Source of the DNA: Eledone cirrhosa
Lineage: Eukaryota
Direction of reading: 5' to 3'
Length of the DNA: 64,000 nucleotides
Assembly (NCBI GenBank): GCA_964016885.1
Contig: OZ024743.1
Span: 161,510,001-161,574,000, forward strand
Below are positions 38,937 to 53,394 of the stretch, piece after piece. How positions within the stretch are numbered: the stretch's first letter is position 1; every line of letters starts with the position of its first letter. A program made the position numbers and the translations under genes. A model generated the notes under the pieces. The model saw only the letters and a program-made list of their open reading frames with translations, searched no databases and was not told the DNA's origin.

Positions 38937-41900
38937 TCCTAGAGAATGGTTGCTTTGTCATTCTCTTACACTTTTTATGTTGTGTTTTTGTACTATTTTT
39001 TTTTGTTGGTATTTCATAATGCTGGCATAATTTCCAGTGTATGAAGGTCCCAACTCTATCATGCCTGTGGATATATATATTTTTTTGGCTAGTGCTGGGC
39101 ATCCAGAGACTATGTGGTTGATTGTTTCTTCCCTATCTCCACATATTCTACAGTTACTTATAGTGCTTTGTTTCATTATGTACTTCTGGTAGTTTCTGGT
39201 GGGTAGACTCTGGTCCTGCTCTGCAATTAGAAATCATTCCATCTCAGTTTTTAGTCCAATGCTTCAGAGCCAGTTTTCTTTGTCTACTTCCTTTCCATTT
39301 AGCTTTTTGGGGTATTGACCATGTAAGGATTTCTCTTGTCATCGTTTTAACATGGCATTCTGAATGTCAGTTTTCAATTTAAATTTTATGTCTTTCACAA
39401 TTTCTATTGTTGTTTTTTCTTAGCTTTCATTTTCCTCACAATTATGTCTTAGTCTAGTTTTTTATTTGAATTTTTTGGCTTGCTTGAAGACCGAGAACAA
39501 ACATTTGTTTTGTTCATGATTCGTGGCTATTTGTATTAGCTTTCCTTTGTTGTTTTATTAGGTATTTTTGTAGTCCTACAGTAGTTATTTTACAAGAGTT
39601 TTCTAGTTGCATAAGGCCCCTTCTTTCTTTGTAAGTATAATCTTTCTACGTCTGATTTTGGATGGTATATTCTAAATGCGGTCATTATTATTCTTGGGTT
39701 TCTATCTATTCCAGCTAGTTCTTTTAATGTCCAGTTCAAAATGTTAAAGCTGTAGCTCATTATTGGGATTACTAAAGTGTTAATACTAATCACCTTATTA
39801 TTTGCATTTAGTTCAATTTTGAGTATTAACCTAATTCTTGTGTAGTATTCTTTTCTAATATTTTCTTTCACCTGTGTGTGTTGAATCTTATCTAGTTCAT
39901 TGATTTCTAAGTATTTGTATGTTTGAGTCTGATCTAGTTCTCTTATTTCTGTTTATTTATCTAACATGATATTATTTCTTTTCACTAGTTTCCCTCTCTT
40001 CAGTGTTGCCTTGGCACATTTTTCTAATCCAAATTTCATACCTATTTCTTTTGTGAATCCGTGTACAGTTTGGAGCAGTGTTTGGAGTTTTTTCATTTGT
40101 AACACATACAGCTTTAGATCATCCATTTATAGAAGATTGTTAACTTTCCCAATGTAGCATTTATACCTGGGCCCAGTTCTGTTTAGTGTTTCAGATAGTG
40201 GAATATGCCTCTGTTGATTGGGCTAGGCTCTGTTTCTATTGTTTTATCTTTTGTTTATATCAGCAAAACTGTTTGCCATTTACTCATGGCATGTTTGATA
40301 AATGTTGTTATTATTGCTGATATTTTATTCATGGCTAATGTGTTGAGTATCCATGTATGGGGAACACTGTCAAACACATTTTGGTAATCAATCCAAGCCA
40401 TACTGAGGGTATTTCTTGTTGTTTTTTTGCAGTTTTTAGTTATGACTTTATTTATTAATAACTGGTCTTCACATCCATATGAGCCTCTGTGGCATCCTTT
40501 CTCTTCTTCTGGGAGCAAGTTGTTGTTTTTTCCAGGTGTTTGGTTATTTTCTGTGACAGTATTGAAGTTAAGGTTTTGTATGTAGTAGGCAAGCATGTTA
40601 TGGGTTTGTAATTTTGGGGGCTTGCTGTGTCAGTATTTTGGGGGATCAGGGTTGTTTTCCTCTTAGTGAGCCAGTCAGGTGTTTTTTCTGATTCTATGAG
40701 AATTTTTAATTAAATTACTTTGCCAGCAGTTTATGTGTCCCTGTTAAATACTTTAACCAGAAGTTGGGGATCTTGTCATCTCCTAGTGCCTTCCAGTTAC
40801 GTGTCCCTCTTAGTGTGATAGACACATCATCTGCTGTAATATCCTCCCATAGTTGTTCATCTGCTGTGTTTGCTGTTCTTGCTAGCTTTGTGCATGGTAA
40901 TTTCTTTTCCACTTCTTCCCATATTCTTCTCCAGCACCCTTCCTCTCCTTTTACTTTTGGGGCTACATTAGCTTCTATTTTGTTTCTATTAAGTTCCTGG
41001 TAGAGTCGTTTTGGGTTGGAGTGAAACAGCTGATTTTGTTGAAAAATCTTTTGTCATTTTTCATATCTCCGGATTCTTTATGCCTTTGTCAGTATTTGTT
41101 ATTTAAGGCCTTCTTTAGTATTTGGGATTTCCCTTTCTGTTATGTTAATTTTGTTAGTGTTTTTATTTTTTCCCTGTTCTTAGTTTTGTTGTTTGTTTTT
41201 TTACTATTTCATTTAAGATTGAGAGGTCTTTTCTTTTATTTTCTATCTTTTTTGGTATCTTTGATTTCCACGTTTGTGTAGATTTTGTTTTTCTCACTTC
41301 TATAGCTCTAAGAGGGTACCACCTTCTTTTGTAACAACAGTGGCTGCTGCATATATTATATTATTTAAATCTTGGTTTTATTTATATATATTAAGTCTGT
41401 GATGGCTAGGTTAGCGTTTTTTTTGTAAGTGTTGCTACTTTATTATTAATTTTTACCTTTGGGAGTTTAACTCTTTGGTCCACAGGGGAATCGCCTATTG
41501 TTTGGAGTACTTGAAGTATTTTTTTTCTTTATTTTATTGTAATCTCGAATTTCATCATTAGGGGTTATTTTCTCTCTATTTTTTCTTCATATTTCTTTTT
41601 ATTTATATTTTTGGTTGTGTTGTCTGGAATCGGGTTTTGTTGAATCTTTTATGGTTGGGGTTTGCTCTGTTTTGTTGTTTATTTTAATTATTTGGGTTAT
41701 GTTGGTTTTGACGTCACGTTTTAAATTCTCTCTATGTCTATTTTCGTTAATTATTATGTTATCATTATTTGTGTTTTTATATGAATTTGTTCTTTTAGTT
41801 GTTTGATTTTAGTGTCTGATATTTTTTTTTGTTTTTAATATGTATCTCCTTAAATTTGGTAGTTTATTAGGGTCAAGTGTGTTGTTGTGTTTTCAGTTTT

Positions 41901-42424
41901 AGGGTGTAATGTTGCCGTAGGGTACGCATGTATAATTGAAACATATTCCTCAGTTGTCCATTTGTGTCTTTTTGATTTTACTTGAGGATTAGAGTCCGGC
42001 TCATTATTTAGATCTTTATCATTTTTGTTGGGTATCGGCTTTTGTGCTTCTGTGTTTGTATGGTTTGGTGCGCATTTGATATCGTACAATATTTTCCTTG
42101 AGTTCAAAGAGCGAACGTCTGCACATCTGTGTGATTGTTTTGTGTAAATTTCTCCTTGTGTTTATAATACAGGCATTTGTAATACAATCAGTAAATTTTG
42201 TTACTTACATGTATCGTTATTCTTTTTGTTTTGATTTCAAACTCTGTGTAGTGATGCTCACGAGGTCACAATTTTAATAAAGAAAATCATGTTATAAGGA
42301 CCATCTATGTATACAATTTATTTATTGTAGGCCTTGTTGGTTCTCGTCCATTATGTTCCCCCTTTCGTTTTCTTAGTATATTTATTATTGTTTTGTCAAT
42401 GGTGTCCATGATGTTATTCAGAAG

Positions 42425-44822
42425 GCTGAAATGATGGAGAAAACTAAAGTAGAGGGAGATCTAGTTAGAAAACTAGAAGAGGCACTTACTAAAGGCATCA
42501 CAGCCAATGTGCTGGTGGTGAGTACGGAGGCTGCATTGTTAGAATGCACGTGATCTTAGACACAAGGGGACAAGAGCCGTTCAATGGGTCTGAGTGGTGG
42601 AGGCGAGGCATCGCAACAAAGCCACGATCCAATTTTTGGAGGACCACGATGGGCGCATGGTACTTGATCCCAAACAGATGTGCGAGGTCTTTCAGCAACA
42701 CTTCCCTCAAATGTTCGGGAGCGGTGGCAGGTCAATCTGAGGGGTGAATTTCAGAGCCTACCTCGATGGCCTACCACGGCTTTCAGCAAGGGGGTGGAGT
42801 GTGGCGAAAAACTGATAACTGCCAAGGAAATATGAGACGTAATGGCAAGCTGCACGAAGGACAAATTGCCTGGCTTAGATGGTCTGCTCTATGAGCTTTA
42901 CACAAACATGCCAGGCTTATTTGGGGGCGGTAGCACGGCTGAGAAAAGACCCGAACAAGGAGGACCATATAGACAAATTGAGGCCCATAACTCTGCTAAA
43001 CACAAAGTTAAAAATGTTGGCCAAAGTATTAGCAACAAGGTTGGTGCTTATCATCAGTGATCTGGTAGGAGAAGCACAAACATGCACCATTCCAAACAGA
43101 TCCATCCAGGAAAACCTCCACCTCATGTGATACATCATAGAGAGGGTGGCTAAGGAATCTGGCACGGGTGGGGTTCTGATCAATTTAGATCAATCAAAGG
43201 CCTACAATAGCGTTGAGTATCGCCACCTTATGGCCATCCTCAAAGCAGCAGGCTTTGGACCCATTTTCAGGAGCTGGATCGCTGCAATGCACAGCGACAT
43301 GTGCTCTGTGGTTAGAGTGAACGGTCACCTTTCAGAACCATTAAAATCATGTGCTAGGTTCACCAATGTTGCCCCTTCTGTATGAATTGACTCATGAGCC
43401 TTACTACACAAATTGGAGATTTTGAGGGGCATCCTACACGAACTAGGATGTGGGAAATCCATGTCAGCATATGCCAATAACGTCACCATAGTGGTGTCGA
43501 GCACCAAACACAATGAGATGATTGGCACCACTCTCAGGGAGTATGAAGTGGTAACAGGAACAAAAATCAACCAGGAAATATCAGTGGGCCTGCAACTTGG
43601 CACCTGGAGAGGCAGGTTCGTGCTGTCCAATAGTGTTGTCAGGCACTGGACAGGCGGACCAGTTAAATTACTTGGAGTCTTGTTTGGACCGGACCTCCAG
43701 ATGGACACAAACTGGGACAAGGTAACGTTTAAGGTGGCTTCTTTCACCCAGAAATGGGCCAAGAGGCAACTCCCTTGAAAGGCCTGGCAGAGGTGGCAAA
43801 TGTGTACATCGCGTCCATCATCTACTACCGCCTGACCGTCGTGCCTTATCCTAAGCCTTGCCTGACTGCTCTGGAGTGTCTGCTCTTTCATTTTTTGTGG
43901 AAGGGATGCACTCCAATGGCCAGGCAGTCCAATTGCTGTCAATACCTCTTCATTGACAATGAACAGGTGTGGATGGTGTTTGCTAGACACGTTTTTTCTC
44001 CAACTCCTTGAGAGAGCTGCAGTTCTGGGTCAAGCGAAGACCAAGAGGAAGCATTTGGAGACTGGAATGTCTTCAGGCGCTGCAATCAGTCGAAACTCCC
44101 CCTTGATGTTCTATAGAGGGTTAATGGAGGGAAAGAGCAATGATGTCCTTGGGGAGACTCTGTGCATCGATGAAAATCAACTAGCCAATCTCTTTGGGAG
44201 AACGTTCGGGCCAGGGCCCATGGACAACTTCCAGAAATCCCTGGCATGGCAGTGCTACCAAGGAGCTTTGCCAGTTCGGGATAAACTCTACTGTCATGGA
44301 AGTGCCATCAATTGGGCCTATCTGAGGTGTGTACAGGGTGACAAAACCGTTCTGCAGGCACTTGTCGAGTGTCCAAGTATTGCTCACCTGTGGGTTTATG
44401 TCAGTCATGTGTAGGACAGATCTGACTCTCAACTGAGTCCATTGAGAAGATCGCCCCTCCATCCTCCTTTAGAGGGGAAGGACAGGCAGTTTTTATCTGC
44501 CTGGTGGCCATGGCGAAAGAGGTCATGTTGTGGACGCATTTAAAAGGGTTGAAGGCAGCCATCTTCCTCTTCGGCGAAGCCCTGATTAACTTTTTTATAT
44601 TTCACTTGAAGAGGAAAATCAGGGTGATTTCTACACAAGTGACTGTTAGAGTCTCCTCATCTTTGGGGAAGTTGTTTGTTTTAAATGTTTATTTTCTTAG
44701 TCTCTTTTATAAATTTTATTTTACACAAAGAAAAACCTACACTGTATCATCCTGTAACATCTTTAATGTTTCCTTAATGTGAGCCCTATGTGGTTAATAA
44801 AGAAATCATTATTATTATTATA
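42425..44822 (+). mobile_element. 5'-truncated Tx1/L1-clade LINE, related to 24640-29256
   Basis: RPITLLNTKLKMLAK, LINLDQSKAY, AYANNV, YIASIIYYRL; AATAAAGAAATC plus (ATT)n tail. Confidence 0.85.
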
Positions 44823-46418
44823 TAATGGGAAATGCAGAGGATTGGCAGCTTTGTTAAAGCATCAGACAATATAGTTCATGGCATTTAGTTATGGCCCTTT
44901 GCATTTTGAGTTCAAATCTCGCTGGGGTTGGAAAATTGATAATTTTTCAAGGTTATCACCCTTGATTTTTTTTAAACCAGAATTAGTCATTTAGTTTACA
45001 TATTGAAACCCCAACTCATCTTATTTATTTTATAACATATGAGATTTCTTGCAATGTTTTGGGGTTTTGGAGGGGTCGTGTGTAATGTTTTAATGTCTAA
45101 AAAATATTAATTATCAAATTATCGCAGTAATGCTACCACTTAGAATAAAATTTCGCTGGCGATAGAGTAGCAAAATTTAATAATGTGGGATTGGAATAAG
45201 AGCGATGTGAGTAGGAAAAAAATCTGAAAAATGAATAAGTGGGGGCAATTATTCAAGACCCGTGAGTACATTTGACGGATTTACTTTAATATCATGTTGT
45301 TGTCATTGCTGTTTAGTTGTCGTTAAAACTTAGTCAAGTGGAGATCAAAAGCAGTCTAATGTATTTTTTCTTATTTTCAGACGTAGTATATCTTGGGATA
45401 TCCTTTCATTGTTTTAAAGTAAAATGTAATTTAATTGAGATTTGAAAACTATTTCGCGCTAGTTCAATGGCCACATAAAGATTTCCTTGTTTTCTCAATA
45501 TGTTCTTGCTGTTACTCTTTGCACCAGGCCAGGATTAACCCAGCAGGCTTATGATCAAAGATCTTCCAACCATGACCATCTTATCTTTTGATATTTAGAC
45601 ATAGTTTATCTAGGAATACATTAACTGTTATTTTTTTTGTTTTTTAGATGGTAATGTTGTGATTTCTATTTCTAGGATCTCAAATTACTACTTGAGGCTC
45701 CTTTGCTGGTATATTTAACATAATAAAAATTAGGGTGGTGTAGTAACTGTTGACTAATTTTCCACTGGTTGTCATCTCATTTTACTGAAACATGAAACCT
45801 GCTCAGAATTAAATACATCGTGGGAAATAAAAAAAAATGTGTACATTTTTTTCATGATTCTCTTCAGCATATTAGTGACCCATTATTTCATAACCATTAT
45901 TACCACTGTCTTCATTAACACTCTCATTATCAGAATGGTGAAATAGCAGAAATGCTAAAGTACTGTATTAAATGTTGGGTGACATTTACTTATGTCTCTT
46001 TTATGTTTCCAGTTCAGATGTCCTCAATATTAATTTAGTTTTCCATCCATCCCAGGTCATAAAATAAATATCTGGCATGGCTATGTTATTAAGAAATTAG
46101 CTTTACAATCACATGATTCCAGGCTTAAATCCACTGCATGGCTTCTTGAACAAAAACATTCTGCTTCGGAAACCTGTCTAATCACCATTAATGGACTTCA
46201 CAGTCCAATACTAAAAAAGAAAACAAATATATTCTAGAGTGAATTCAATCAACTATAGTACTTCATCCCCATAAATATATGCCATGTGTAAATGATAAAA
46301 AATTATAGAAATTATTATTGTTAAATCACAATGGATGGCAGAGTCAGTGAAGTGACAGACAAAATATGTTGGAGTATTTGGTTATATCCATAATGCTCTA
46401 TATTTAAATCTTGTTTAA

Positions 46419-46639
46419 CCCTTTAGCATTTAGATTACTCTATATATACTATTGTATTTTTGTGGTAAAGGCTTTATCTTACATAATTGTCTCATATAAT
46501 ATCAAATCTATGAGATTTTGATGCTATTTATTTTTAGAATAATTCCTTAACATTGGTGTGAGTAATTGGTTACAACCGGTTTGAACAGAAAGAGGTGAGA
46601 GAATTCTGGCTGGATGCAGCCGATTTAAATGCTAACGGG
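46419..46639. mobile_element. piggyBac-like MITE inserted in a decayed SINE
   Basis: TTAA-CCCTTTAGCATTTA ... TAAATGCTAACGGG-TTTA; SINE-like sequence on both sides. Confidence 0.65.
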
Positions 46640-46842
46640 TTTAGTTAACATTGCCTTTCCACCCTCCTAAGACTGATAAAGTATGTATTGGATTCAGTGT
46701 AATCAATTGTAAAAGAATATATATTTGCACATTTTTTAATCCCTTTCCAATTTTTTAAATAAATGAATGAATAAATTATTAAGTAAGTTATCCAGTCTTC
46801 TCAAATTTATTTACTATCTTTCTTTATCACTTCCTTTTCCAG

Positions 46843-46983
46843 TTACTTACCAAAAATCCCTCCAAGCGTCTGGGCTGCACTAACAATGGTGAACGGGATA
46901 TTAAAGAGCATGCTTTCTTCAGGCGCATCGACTGGACAAAGGTGGAAAGTCGAGATGTACAGCCACCATATAAACCTAAAATA
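46843..46983 (+). CDS. PRKCA: Conventional protein kinase C, next exon ([47 protein letters not shown])
   Basis: TTCCTTTTCCAG acceptor, 141-nt phase-0 exon, GTGAGT donor at 46984. Continues the previous exon in frame; kinase C-lobe end and start of the AGC tail. Confidence 0.95.
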
Positions 46984-49589
46984 GTGAGTATATAGCTATA
47001 TACATATATCCAGAAAACTGTCAGCAAAGTTACACCTCTGACTTCACCTTTTGATAATGTTTCTTGCTTGCTTTCTTTCTTTCCTCATCTGCTGTTTCTT
47101 TAGATTTTGGATCATCACATCTATTTGGTTTTACAAATTACTGGGTGGCACCAATGATTGTCTTTAACAGTTATCCATAAAGCAGTAATGTAGCAAATGG
47201 TTGAGTTGATACATTTCTTAGATACCTGACACTTGTCATGGGTTCAACTCTTTCTGCTGACATTGCATTATGTTGTAATCTTTTCGACTACCACCCCATT
47301 GACATACATCAAACAAAATCTACTTGCTTATAGTTTTGTACATGATTACCAATCAAAGTGATTCAATAACCTCTGTGTGATGATTAATTTTTCCTTACTT
47401 TTGGGTTTATAACTTGGAGAGTGATTGTCACCACCAACCTGACTTATCCTACATATGCTACATAACAATGTCTTCTGTGCTGCGCCAATAATCTACTGAC
47501 TCACCAACATCATTTGTTCCTCTCACTCAAACTTCAGAGATGCTTTTTAATTGTATTTTCAATTGCTTGTTAGAATATATGAGTAAAATTTCCCATTATG
47601 ATGTGTAAACATGTTTTGGTAATATTCATAAATACAAGTCACAAATGTGTTGAATGTGTGTAAAATAACAAATGTATCAAGATATATCTGTATCTGCATA
47701 TATTCTTATATATATATGCAAAGAGTCAACACAGAATATAGTTTAGTGGTTGATATAGTAGGAAAAGAGTCGTAATTTTTCAGAAGTTAGTGCTTCATCA
47801 GAAGATAGAATGAGATATAGAAGTAATAGAAATATATACCAACATGGAAAGTAAAATTATATGATGGAAGTCATAGATACAGATGACACTTCCTAAAGAG
47901 CTGCAGCTATGGTGGAAACAGCCATGTAAGCAACCGGAGAATTGTTGAAGCTCCTGCTTGTGCTACACATACTGTGTACCTTGATAAACAAATTATAAAA
48001 GTTTCATCATTGCAAACATGTCATACCCTGACCACTACAACAACAGTGACCTGTTTACATGGAATTAAAGTGAATGAAGCCTGCATAGAAATTTATTCAC
48101 TTTTCAGATGGAACAACTTGCCTCCTGATGGCTCAACATTGATTGGGATGACCAAAAGTTAAACAATCCTTGGATTTTATATTAGTATACTGTAGTCTTA
48201 GATAGACATCCTGTGTATATGTATAGAGATATACATGTGTATGTGTCCTCCCATCCTACTCATCACCCTGTTAAATCCCACCACCCCAGTCACACACCTA
48301 TGATATCATACTTATCTTTCTTACACCACTACCACCCCTATCGGGTACAGAGAGGCTTTTCAGCTGAGTCAATGACTGACAACCTCTCTGGTGTTGGTGT
48401 CACAAAAATGCACCAAGTACACTCTGTAAGGCGGTTGGTAATAGGAAGGGCATCCCACTATAAATTATGCCCAAAAGGTTAAGAGCATAACAACCTTTCA
48501 TGTGTTGGTAACCTACACGATAAATGTACTCAGTACACTCACAAAATGGTTGGTGATAGGAAAGGCTACCAGCCATATAAAACCTGCCAAACAAAGGGTC
48601 AGGAGGACTCTTCAGCTGTGTCAAAGATAAAATGCACTTGGTTATATGCAGAAAAGTATGTAAGCAAGATGCAAACACCCAGCCAATCTGAGAGGTCAGT
48701 AGCTCCACTTGAGTACTGTCTCAGTCTATGACAAACCATCCAACAGGAAAAATGGATGTTAAATGATGATGGTGATAACACATATTACCATTGGATGCCT
48801 TTCTCATAACCAACCACTTTAGAGTGTGTAATTGGTGTATATCTCATGGTACCAGCACTAGAAGCGTTGTCATGCTATGACTACAGGATTATCTCAACCT
48901 TTTTTGCCATGGTTTCTATGGCTGGAAGCCACTCCTAACACCAACCACTGTACTGAGTGTACTTATGCTGGCAGGCAACGCCTTTCCAGTACTGCATGTC
49001 ACTAATCCTCATGGTCCTTTGTTATCTTTGTCATGAGATTCAGCTTCCTGAGATCAGTCTTCACGATCTCATCCAATTTCTTCCATGAGTCCCATCTACT
49101 TGGATCTCTGCATTTCTTCTTACAGCTGTCATCTTACATACACATCACACATCCATACCATGCACACCCCTCTTATACAGTTTTTCTCTCAGTTCACTTT
49201 TGCTACACTGTTTATGTGCACTAACCTTACACATCCACTGAAGTATGCTCGGTTCATTTCTTTCCATCCTTCATATGTCTTATACAGTAAAAGCCCATGT
49301 CCCACTGTAGCAGACACTCTACTCTTCTCTTTTAGAGGTAAGCTCTTTGTTGTCAGCAGTAGTATATGCAAATTAACATCTTTAGCAGATATTTTATATA
49401 CAAAAAGTATATAAGCTATTGCTTAAACTTGCCTCAGTACTGAATTAATAAACATCACTGATGATGGATAAAATCCTGAAACACTAATTTCTGGCATTCT
49501 CTTACAGCTTCTGAGATAGCTGTGACATTTATATCTTGTATGCCTCCATATACAACTCAATTAACCTCTAGGAAGCCTCCTTGGAAATG

Positions 49590-50150
49590 AAGGCAATCTA
49601 TTTCATGTGTGTTCTTAGTGTTTATTTCTCCTATGCATCTACTGCATACAAAATCTTCTCCATTAGCCTACTTTTAATCCCTCTAGATCTCTTGTGCATA
49701 CATAGATTATACTGTGTGCTCCTCATGGAATTTCCGTCCACTCTTTTTTGAGATGTAGAACAAGGCCACTTCACTGATGGTATCAGGTTCCTGTTTTTTT
49801 TTTATTTTTCCTACTTATAAGGATTTAATCTTTGCTAAGTTTACACTTAAGCCATTCAATTCTAGGTTTTTCTTCCATGTCCGGAATTTTGCTTGTAACT
49901 TTCCTGATGAGATCTTTGTCATACAGTAGTTCTTTTGGGGTACCAGTCTTAAATTCCTCTGTTATGGCCTGGAGAACATTGACAAATAGAAGTGGGCTGA
50001 AGTCAGAGCCCTGATGGAATCCCACCTGCACATTGAATTCATCACTATATACATTGCCATTTCAAACTTTGCTGGCTGCATTTCTATACATAGCTTGCAT
50101 GGCCCTCAAGCTATTCATCTACACCTAGTGTTCACCAGATTACAGAGCAA
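49590..50150 (-). mobile_element. Degraded RTE RT fragment
   Basis: QVGFHQGSDFSPLLF...ITEEFKTG. Confidence 0.75.
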
Positions 50151-51167
50151 GGAACCTTTTATTATTAGCACAGATTAAAAGTTAAAAGTTGATGTGATCT
50201 TCTTTGATTGCCATATTGATCACAAGGTCTTTTATTGGATCTAGTTTTAGCTAGAATTTCCCTGGATGTAAGCCAAAAGTGCTTAAGTTTGTATGTGTGT
50301 GTTTGTTCATATGTATTCAAAGAAAGATGTACGTATGTCAGCATGTCTATTTATTTATATCAAATGTTCTATTTGATACCATATTTTATTAAATTAACTT
50401 ACAACTTCTTCCATTCCTTTCAGTTACTTAATATTGTTTTCCCTTTTAAACATTTTTGACTGTGTAAAAACCTGTTTTATACTCAAATTACCTGAAGGCT
50501 TTAAATTTGTTTCATGGAATCTAGGAGTTGCTTTATAAAATTGCTCTTCATCAGGCACACTCTAAATATTATATCCTCATACACACACTCATGCTAGCTC
50601 ACACTGAATTTGTGCATGTGTGCATGAAGTGTTTGTATTATATATGCATGTGCCGATGTGTGTTTGTTGTATAAAATTCAGTTAATGAAATTTGATTTAC
50701 AAAATTCTACATATACAATTTTCTAAATGAATTTTATATATAAACTACAAAATTGTATACATAATACTGTATATGAAGTTCCTAAAGTTGAGTCAATTTT
50801 GGGTGTTGGATGGCTCTAAATAGTAGTCATTGGTTTGTATTTTGCTGTTAATAAAGCTTTCATTACAAAATTCAATCCAAACATCAACACAGATATAACT
50901 CATGTGAAACAAACTATACTAGTAACAGGTAGTTAATCATTAAACAACTTTAGATCCAATGAATGTAGTGTTATCAGTTACTACATTGTTTCATAAAACT
51001 TTAGTACCTACTTATATATAACAATGTTCCATCAATAATTTCTATCATATAAAACCAATGTCTTAAAATGTTAATTGACTAAACACAAAGGACTAATAAG
51101 GAACTATAAAACATGGTTGATAAAAAAGGATAAACTTTGATAAATATTTGAGAATATACAATAGCTC

Positions 51168-51312
51168 TCTTCTTCTTCTTCTTCTTCTTCTTCTTCTTCT
51201 TCTTCTTCTCCTCCTCCTCCTCCTCCTCCTCCTCCTCCTCCTCCTCCTCCTCCTCCTCTCCTCCTCCTCCTCCTCCTCCTCCTCCTCCTCCTCTTCCTCC
51301 TCCTCCTCCTCC
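51168..51312. repeat. Compound (CTT)n(CCT)n microsatellite, tail of the adjacent RTE-family-2 fragment
   Basis: Directly visible in the sequence. Confidence 0.9.
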
Positions 51313-51374
51313 TTTGTTGTCATCGTCATTGTGGTTGTCATCGTTGTCATGGTTGTCATTGTCTCCTCCTCTTC

Positions 51375-51705
51375 TCACTTATTCCTGAGCAGAATCTTCA
51401 AATACTCTTTCCAGCGGATTCTGTCAGAAGCAACCATCTCCAACCTGATCTGACTGGATTCTCATGGATGTTATCCAACCATCTTGCTTAGGGTCTATCG
51501 CTGGATCTCCAGCCAGTTGGTTTTTACCCATAAAATCTGTCCAGCAATTCTTTCCTGAGACATTCTGTTCACATGCCCAAAGTATCAGATTTGTGATCTC
51601 TCAATTCAGAGAAGTAGCAACTCTACCTAGAGTGATTCTCTTATTTCTGAGCTACACAAGCTACTGAGTAACATTAATCCAAAGACTCTTTAGAGAAACC
51701 CCATA
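51375..51705 (-). mobile_element. RTE family-2 3' end fragment (other copies at 55100-55390 minus and 57095-57465 plus)
   Basis: Shares GAATGTCTCAGGAAAGAAT.GCTGGACAGA and GATGGTTGGATAACATCC with 5930-6030 and the other copies. Confidence 0.75.
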
Positions 51706-51777
51706 GTCGATAAAAAAAAAATAAACTTCAAGACAGTTGTATTTTTAAATAATTTCAGTATAAAATGTAAATATTTG

Positions 51778-51906
51778 TGTCTACTTTAGGCACAAGGCCA
51801 GCAATTACCCAGTTCATTACTGGTACTTTATTTTATCGACCCCGTAAGGATGAAAGGCAAAGTCAACCTCGGCAGGATTTGAACTCAGATCGTAAAGGGA
51901 CGTAAT
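51778..51906 (-). mobile_element. tRNA-derived SINE, 5'-truncated
   Basis: Near-identical to the 62808 copy. Confidence 0.8.
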
Positions 51907-53360
51907 TCCTGGTTTGTCACCTACAATTGTAACTCAATTCTTGGACCAAGCAATGCATTTTGTCTTTAATCAAGACACTTCATAAATATTCCCCAGTTTA
52001 CTCAACTGAAAAAAGATGAGTGCCTGTAACAAATGGTAGTCAGCCTTGTGGCCAACCATTGTCTCCAGTCCAAGGGGAAGCCTTGTACTCTGCTGCTTAC
52101 CACCATTGAAGCCAGGATAAACACTGGCCTTATGAGCTTTTAAATAGACTTTAACATTTAACTCTCTCAAATATAATGACAACCTTAGTATTTTATTTCC
52201 AACTCAATCAATCATGTGGGTATATAGACTGAGTGAGAAATATGTATATGGGGTAAGGTTAAATATACATTTCTAGATTGTTACTTTGAAGCTAGGTCTA
52301 AAGCCAGAAGACATTTTTATCATAATATTATATAAATTATATAATATATATAATGTCCATTTCGCTATCAAATCCCCTGTCAAATGAATATTGCAATGAT
52401 ATGCTGGTCTTTTTTACCCTTCTCTACAATTTCATCTTCACACATTTCATTGATTTTATTGCTTTTCTAGCCAAGGCCAGATTATACTCTTGAAGATAAG
52501 TCTTAAAATTCATAGTCTTTATTGTAAAAAATATTATGATTAGTTATGGAGATTTGGATGTACCATTGCGCATTTCAAACAACTAGTTAGAAATTCTCTC
52601 ACATCTTTGTGTTTTCCCTGTTTTAAACACAACTGAGAGTTTATTAACTCTACTGCATTGAACAACAGCTATGTAGGTGTTCTCTTCCAAAGTGCTCTGT
52701 TTTGCTAATTTTATAATGTGGTCCCAGATTAAAATAAATCAAAACCTATTCCAGTTTAACATTCCCTATTGATTCTTCAATAATTATTTGCATTGTTCAG
52801 TCTGTTGCAAATATTCTGACTAATAATTTCTGTGCAATTGTTCAGGTTAGGTTCAAACTCACAAGGCTGGTAGATTGTGGAAATACCATAGGTACTACCT
52901 TTACTTTCCTGGCTAATTTATGGAAGAAAACATTAGGAAGGAAAAAATATCTGGACTGATTTTAAACATTCCATTGACACACTAAATATCATAAGTTAGG
53001 TGACACAGCTGATTGGAACTGTTCAACAATAACTGGCTATTTAATGAGCTTGCTGTTCTGTTTAAAATGTAAATGACTTTTAAGAAATCATAATTAATTC
53101 AGTATGAAAGTTTAAACAAATAGTGCTGTAATGTTCTCTATCATTCTCAATGACATTACATGTAAAGAAACAACAGAGAAAATAATGTAAAAGGAACCAA
53201 ACAGTTTTCACCGAGTATTTCAGTTAATATTGGCAACCATTTCTTTAGCAGTTGTCACATATTTCACTTATACAAATTTACCTATTATATATGTATATAT
53301 GTGTATATGAGTTCGTGTGTGTATGTACTTCTCTCTTTCTCTCTCCCTCTCTTTGTAAAA

Positions 53361-53394
<34 letters not shown>

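Larger units (their letters stand above)
33430..42420 (-). mobile_element. R4/Dong-like RLE retrotransposon (family B), split by the 33851-38936 insertion
   Basis: KRHKWTTEEY near 41960, WIDY..FDSVPH, MDDLKL, CRICGDREETINHIVSGC, RHDRVG; reading ATIL*|DMPIHTDREIKAN resumes across the insertion; IQKIALLGTAHIL near 33560. Confidence 0.85.

Noticed and set aside
46827-47027. 66-aa minus-strand ORF
   Set aside because: Antisense shadow of the PKC exon.
49455-49495. CTGATGA-TGGATAAAATCCT-GAAAC hammerhead-like core
   Set aside because: Helix II is present but there is no convincing helix I or III; at best a decayed relic.
51079-51453. ORFs with poly-G/E/K/R/L/S runs
   Set aside because: They are translations of the (CTT)n(CCT)n microsatellite.
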